From Squalus acanthias (taxonomy: Eukaryota), in assembly GCA_030390025.1 (NCBI GenBank), contig CM059443.1, forward strand, positions 4,650,001 through 4,714,000: a stretch of DNA of 64,000 nt. Reading direction: 5' to 3'. The notes below the pieces were generated by a model that worked only from the letters and a program-made list of their open reading frames with translations, was not told the origin of the DNA and made no database searches. Each line of letters begins with the position of its first letter. Within the stretch, counting starts at the first letter, position 1. The position numbers and the translations under genes are program-made. Of the stretch, positions 60,541 to 64,000 are shown piece after piece.

Positions 60541-63500
60541 GAAACATAGAAACATAGAAACATAGAAAGTAGGTACAGGAGTAGACCATTCGGTCCTTCG
60601 AGCCTGCACCGCCATTCAATGCGTTCATGGCTGAACATGCTACCTCAGTACCCCATTCCTGCTTTCTCGCCATACCCCTTGATCCCCTTAGTTGTGAGTG
60701 TTATATCTAACTCCCTTTTGAATATATTTAGCGAACTGGCCTCAACAACCTTCTGTGGAAGAGAATTCCATAGATTCACCACTCTCTGGGTGAAGAAGTT
60801 CCTCCTCAGCTCAGTCCTAAATGGCTTCCCCTTAATCCTTAGACTGTGACCCCTGGTTCTAGTTTTCCCTACCATTGGGAACATTCTGCCCGCATCTAAT
60901 TTGTCTAAACCAGTCAGGATTTTAAATGTCTCTATAAGATCCCCCCTCATTCTTCTGAACTCCAGAGGATACAAGTTCAGTTGACCCAATCTTTCTTGAT
61001 ATGTCAGTCCGGCCATCCCAGGAATCAATCTAGTGAACCTTCGCTGCACTCCCTCAATAGCAAGAATGTCCTTCCTTAAGTTAGGAGACCAAAACTGCGC
61101 ACAATACTCCAGGTGTGGCCTCACCAAGGCCCTGTACAACTGTAGCATCACCTCCCTACTCCTGTACTCAAATCCCCTTGCTATGAAGGCCATCATTCCG
61201 TTTGCTTTCTTGACTGCCTGCTGCACTTGCATTCCCACCTTCAGTGACTGATGTACCATGACGCCCAGGTCTCATTGCACGTCCCCTTTCCCTAATCTGC
61301 CACCATTCAGGTAATAGTCCGCCTCTCTATTTTTACCACCAAAGTGGATAACCTCACATTTATCCACATTGTACTTCATCTGCCATACATTTGCCCATTC
61401 ACCCAACCTGTCCAAGTCACTCTGTAGCCTCCTAGCATCCTCCTCATTGTTCACACTGCCTCCCAATTTAGTGTCATCGCAAATTTGGAGATATTACATT
61501 TAATCCCTTCGTCCAAATCATTAATATATAATGCAAACAGCTGGGGTCCCAGCACCGAACCCTGCGGTACCCCGCTAGTCACTGCCTGCCATTCTGAAAA
61601 GTACCCATTTACTCCTACTCTTTGTTTCCTGTGTGCCAACCAGTTCTCAATCCACGTCAACACATTACCCCCAATCCCATGTGCTTTAACTTTGCTCACC
61701 AATCTCTTGTGTGGGACCTTGTCGAAGGCCTTCTGAAAGTCCAAATACACCACATCTACTGGTTCCCCCCTGTCCACCCTATTGGAAACATCCTCAAAAA
61801 ATTCCAGAAGATTTGTCAAGCATGATTTCCCTTTCACAAATCCATGCTGACTTGGACCTATCATGTCGCCACTTTCCAAATGGTCTGTTATGACATCTTT
61901 AATAATTGCTTCCATCATTTTACCCACGACCGATGTCAGGCTGACCGGTCTATAATTCCCTGCTTTCTCCCTCCCTCCTTTTTTAAAAAGAGGGGTTACA
62001 TTGGCCACCCTCCACTCCATCGGAACTGATCCAGAGTCTAAGGAATGTTGGAAAATGATCGTCAATGCATCCACTATTTCCAAGGCCACCTCCTTAAGTA
62101 CTCTGGGATGCAGACCATCAGGCCCCGGGGATTTTTCAGCCTTCAGTCCCATCAATTTCCCCAATACCTTTTCCCGACTAATAAGGATTTCCCTCAGCTC
62201 CTCCCTCTTACCAGATCCTCTGACCCCTTTTATTTCCGGCAGGTTGTGTGTGTCCTCCACAGTAAACACTGAACCTAAGTACTTGTTCAATTGATCTGCC
62301 ATTTCCTTGTTCCCCATTACGACTTCCCCTGTTTCCGACTGCAGGGGACCTACGTTTGTTTTTACTAACCTCTTTCTTTTTACATATTTATAGAAGCTTT
62401 TGCAGTCCATTTTAATGTTCTCTGCAAGCTTCCTTTCATATTTTATTTTCCCTGCCCTAATCAAACCCTTCGTCCTCCTCTGCTGAGTTTTGAAGTTCTC
62501 CCAGTCCCCGGGTTTGCTGCTACTTCTGGCCAATTTGTATGCAACTTCCTTGGTTTTAATACTATCCCTGATTTCCCTTGTTAGCCATGGTTGAGCCACC
62601 TTCCCTTTTTTATTTTTATGCCAGACCGGGATGTACAATTGTTGTAGTTCATCCATGCGATCTCTAAATGTCTGCCATTGCCCTTCCACTGATAGCCCCT
62701 TAAATATCGCTTGCCAATTTAACCTCGCCAATTCACGCCTCATACCCTCAAAGTTGCCCTTATTTAAGTTCTGGACCATGGTCTCTGACTTAACTGTTTC
62801 CTTCTCCATCCTAATGTAGAACTCCACCATACTATGGTCACTCTTCCCCAGGGGGCCTCGTACCACAAGATTGCTGATTAGTCCCTCCTCATTACACAAC
62901 ACCCAGTCCAGGATGGCCTCCCCTCGAGTTGGTTCCTCAACATATTGGTTTAGGAAACCATCCCTTAAACACTCCAGGAAATCCTCCTCCACCGTATTGC
63001 TTCCAGTTTGAGTAGCCCAATCTATATGCATATTAAAGTCACCCATGATAACTGCCGTGCCTTTTTTGCACGCACCTCTGATTTCCTGTTTCATACCCTC
63101 CCCCACCTCACTACTGCTGTTTGGAGGTCTGTACACAACTCCCACTAACGTTTTCTGCCCTTTGGTGTTCTGCAGCTCAACCCATATTGATTCCACATCC
63201 TCCAAGCTGATGTCCTTCCTAGCTATTGCATTAATCTCCTCTTTAACCAGCAATGCTACCCCACCCCCTTTTCCTTTTATTCTATCCTTTCTGAATGTTG
63301 AATACCCCTGGATGTTCAGTTCCCAGCCTTGATTGTTCTGGAGCCACGTCTCTGTAATCCCAATCACATCGTATCCGTTAACATCTATTTGCACAGTCAA
63401 TTCATCCACCTTATTACGGATACTCCTTGCATTAAGACACAGAGCCTTTAGGCTTGTTTTATTAACATCCTTTGTCCTTTTAGACTTATGATTTAGTATG

Positions 63501-64000
63501 GCCCTTTGTGTTTCTTGCCTTTGTTTACTCGGCCTTCCCCTATTGTTTCTCACCCTTCTAACATTTGTTTCTGACTGCATATTACTTCCCCCTGTTTCGC
63601 TACATAGGTTCCCATTCCCCTGCCATATTAGTTTAAATCCTCCCGAACTGCTTTAGCAAATATTACCCCGAGGACATCGGTTCCAGTCCTGCCCAAGTGC
63701 AGACCGTCCCTTTTGTACAGGTCCCACTTCCCCCAGAACTGGTTCCAATGCCTCAGGAATTTGAATCCCTCCCTCCTGCACCACTGCTCAAGCCACGTAT
63801 TCAATCTCACTATCCTGTTCTCTCTATTCTGATTAGCACGTGGCCCTGGTAGCAATCCAGAGATTACTACCTTAGAGGTCCTACTTTTTAATTTAGCTCC
63901 TAGCTCCCTAAATTCTGCTTGTAGGACCTCTTCCCGCTTTTTACCTATATCGTTGGTACCTACATGCACCACGACAGCTGGCTGTTCACCCTCCCTCTTC
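60541..64000 (-). mobile_element. CR1 LINE: ORF1 end (SGNH esterase-like, 63628..63972) and ORF2 APE-RT with a frameshift at about 61480 and a stop at 61272
   Basis: VHVGTNDIG...DGLHL; NARSI, ITETWL, GDFN, SDH; RT motifs; 3' tail of tttctatg repeats. Confidence 0.93.

Overview
Repeat-dense vertebrate DNA, most likely cartilaginous fish (shark/ray), judged from the cluster-type Ig organisation and the repeat types. It holds two paralogous, unrearranged immunoglobulin light-chain L-V-J-C clusters of sigma type on the minus strand (about 2.4-7.6 kb and 44.4-49.0 kb). V carries a 12-RSS and J a 23-RSS. The two clusters have different lesions: cluster 1 has a CDR1 frameshift, and cluster 2 has a mutated octamer, framework substitutions and a Penelope array replacing upstream DNA. 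Between them lies a nest of mobile elements. The main one is an internally deleted endogenous foamy-like (spumaretrovirus) provirus at 30030-43065, with 1119-bp LTRs, a 4-bp TSD, a tRNA-Lys1,2 PBS, a foamy-type RNase H-integrase ORF and a decayed accessory ORF in U3. A solo LTR of a second, related foamy-like lineage lies at 22829-23935. Inside the provirus are a three-LTR tandem Ty3/Gypsy element, whose PBS position is complementary to its own LTR (possible self-priming or polyA occlusion), and a Harbinger MITE. Also present are CR1 and L2 LINEs, a single-ORF LINE with a tRNA-like 5' head, SINEs, Harbinger remnants, Penelope-like elements with minimal hammerhead ribozymes and two 32-bp minisatellites. 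All calls come from reading the sequence and recalled family motifs. No searches were run, and boundaries of old repeats are approximate.
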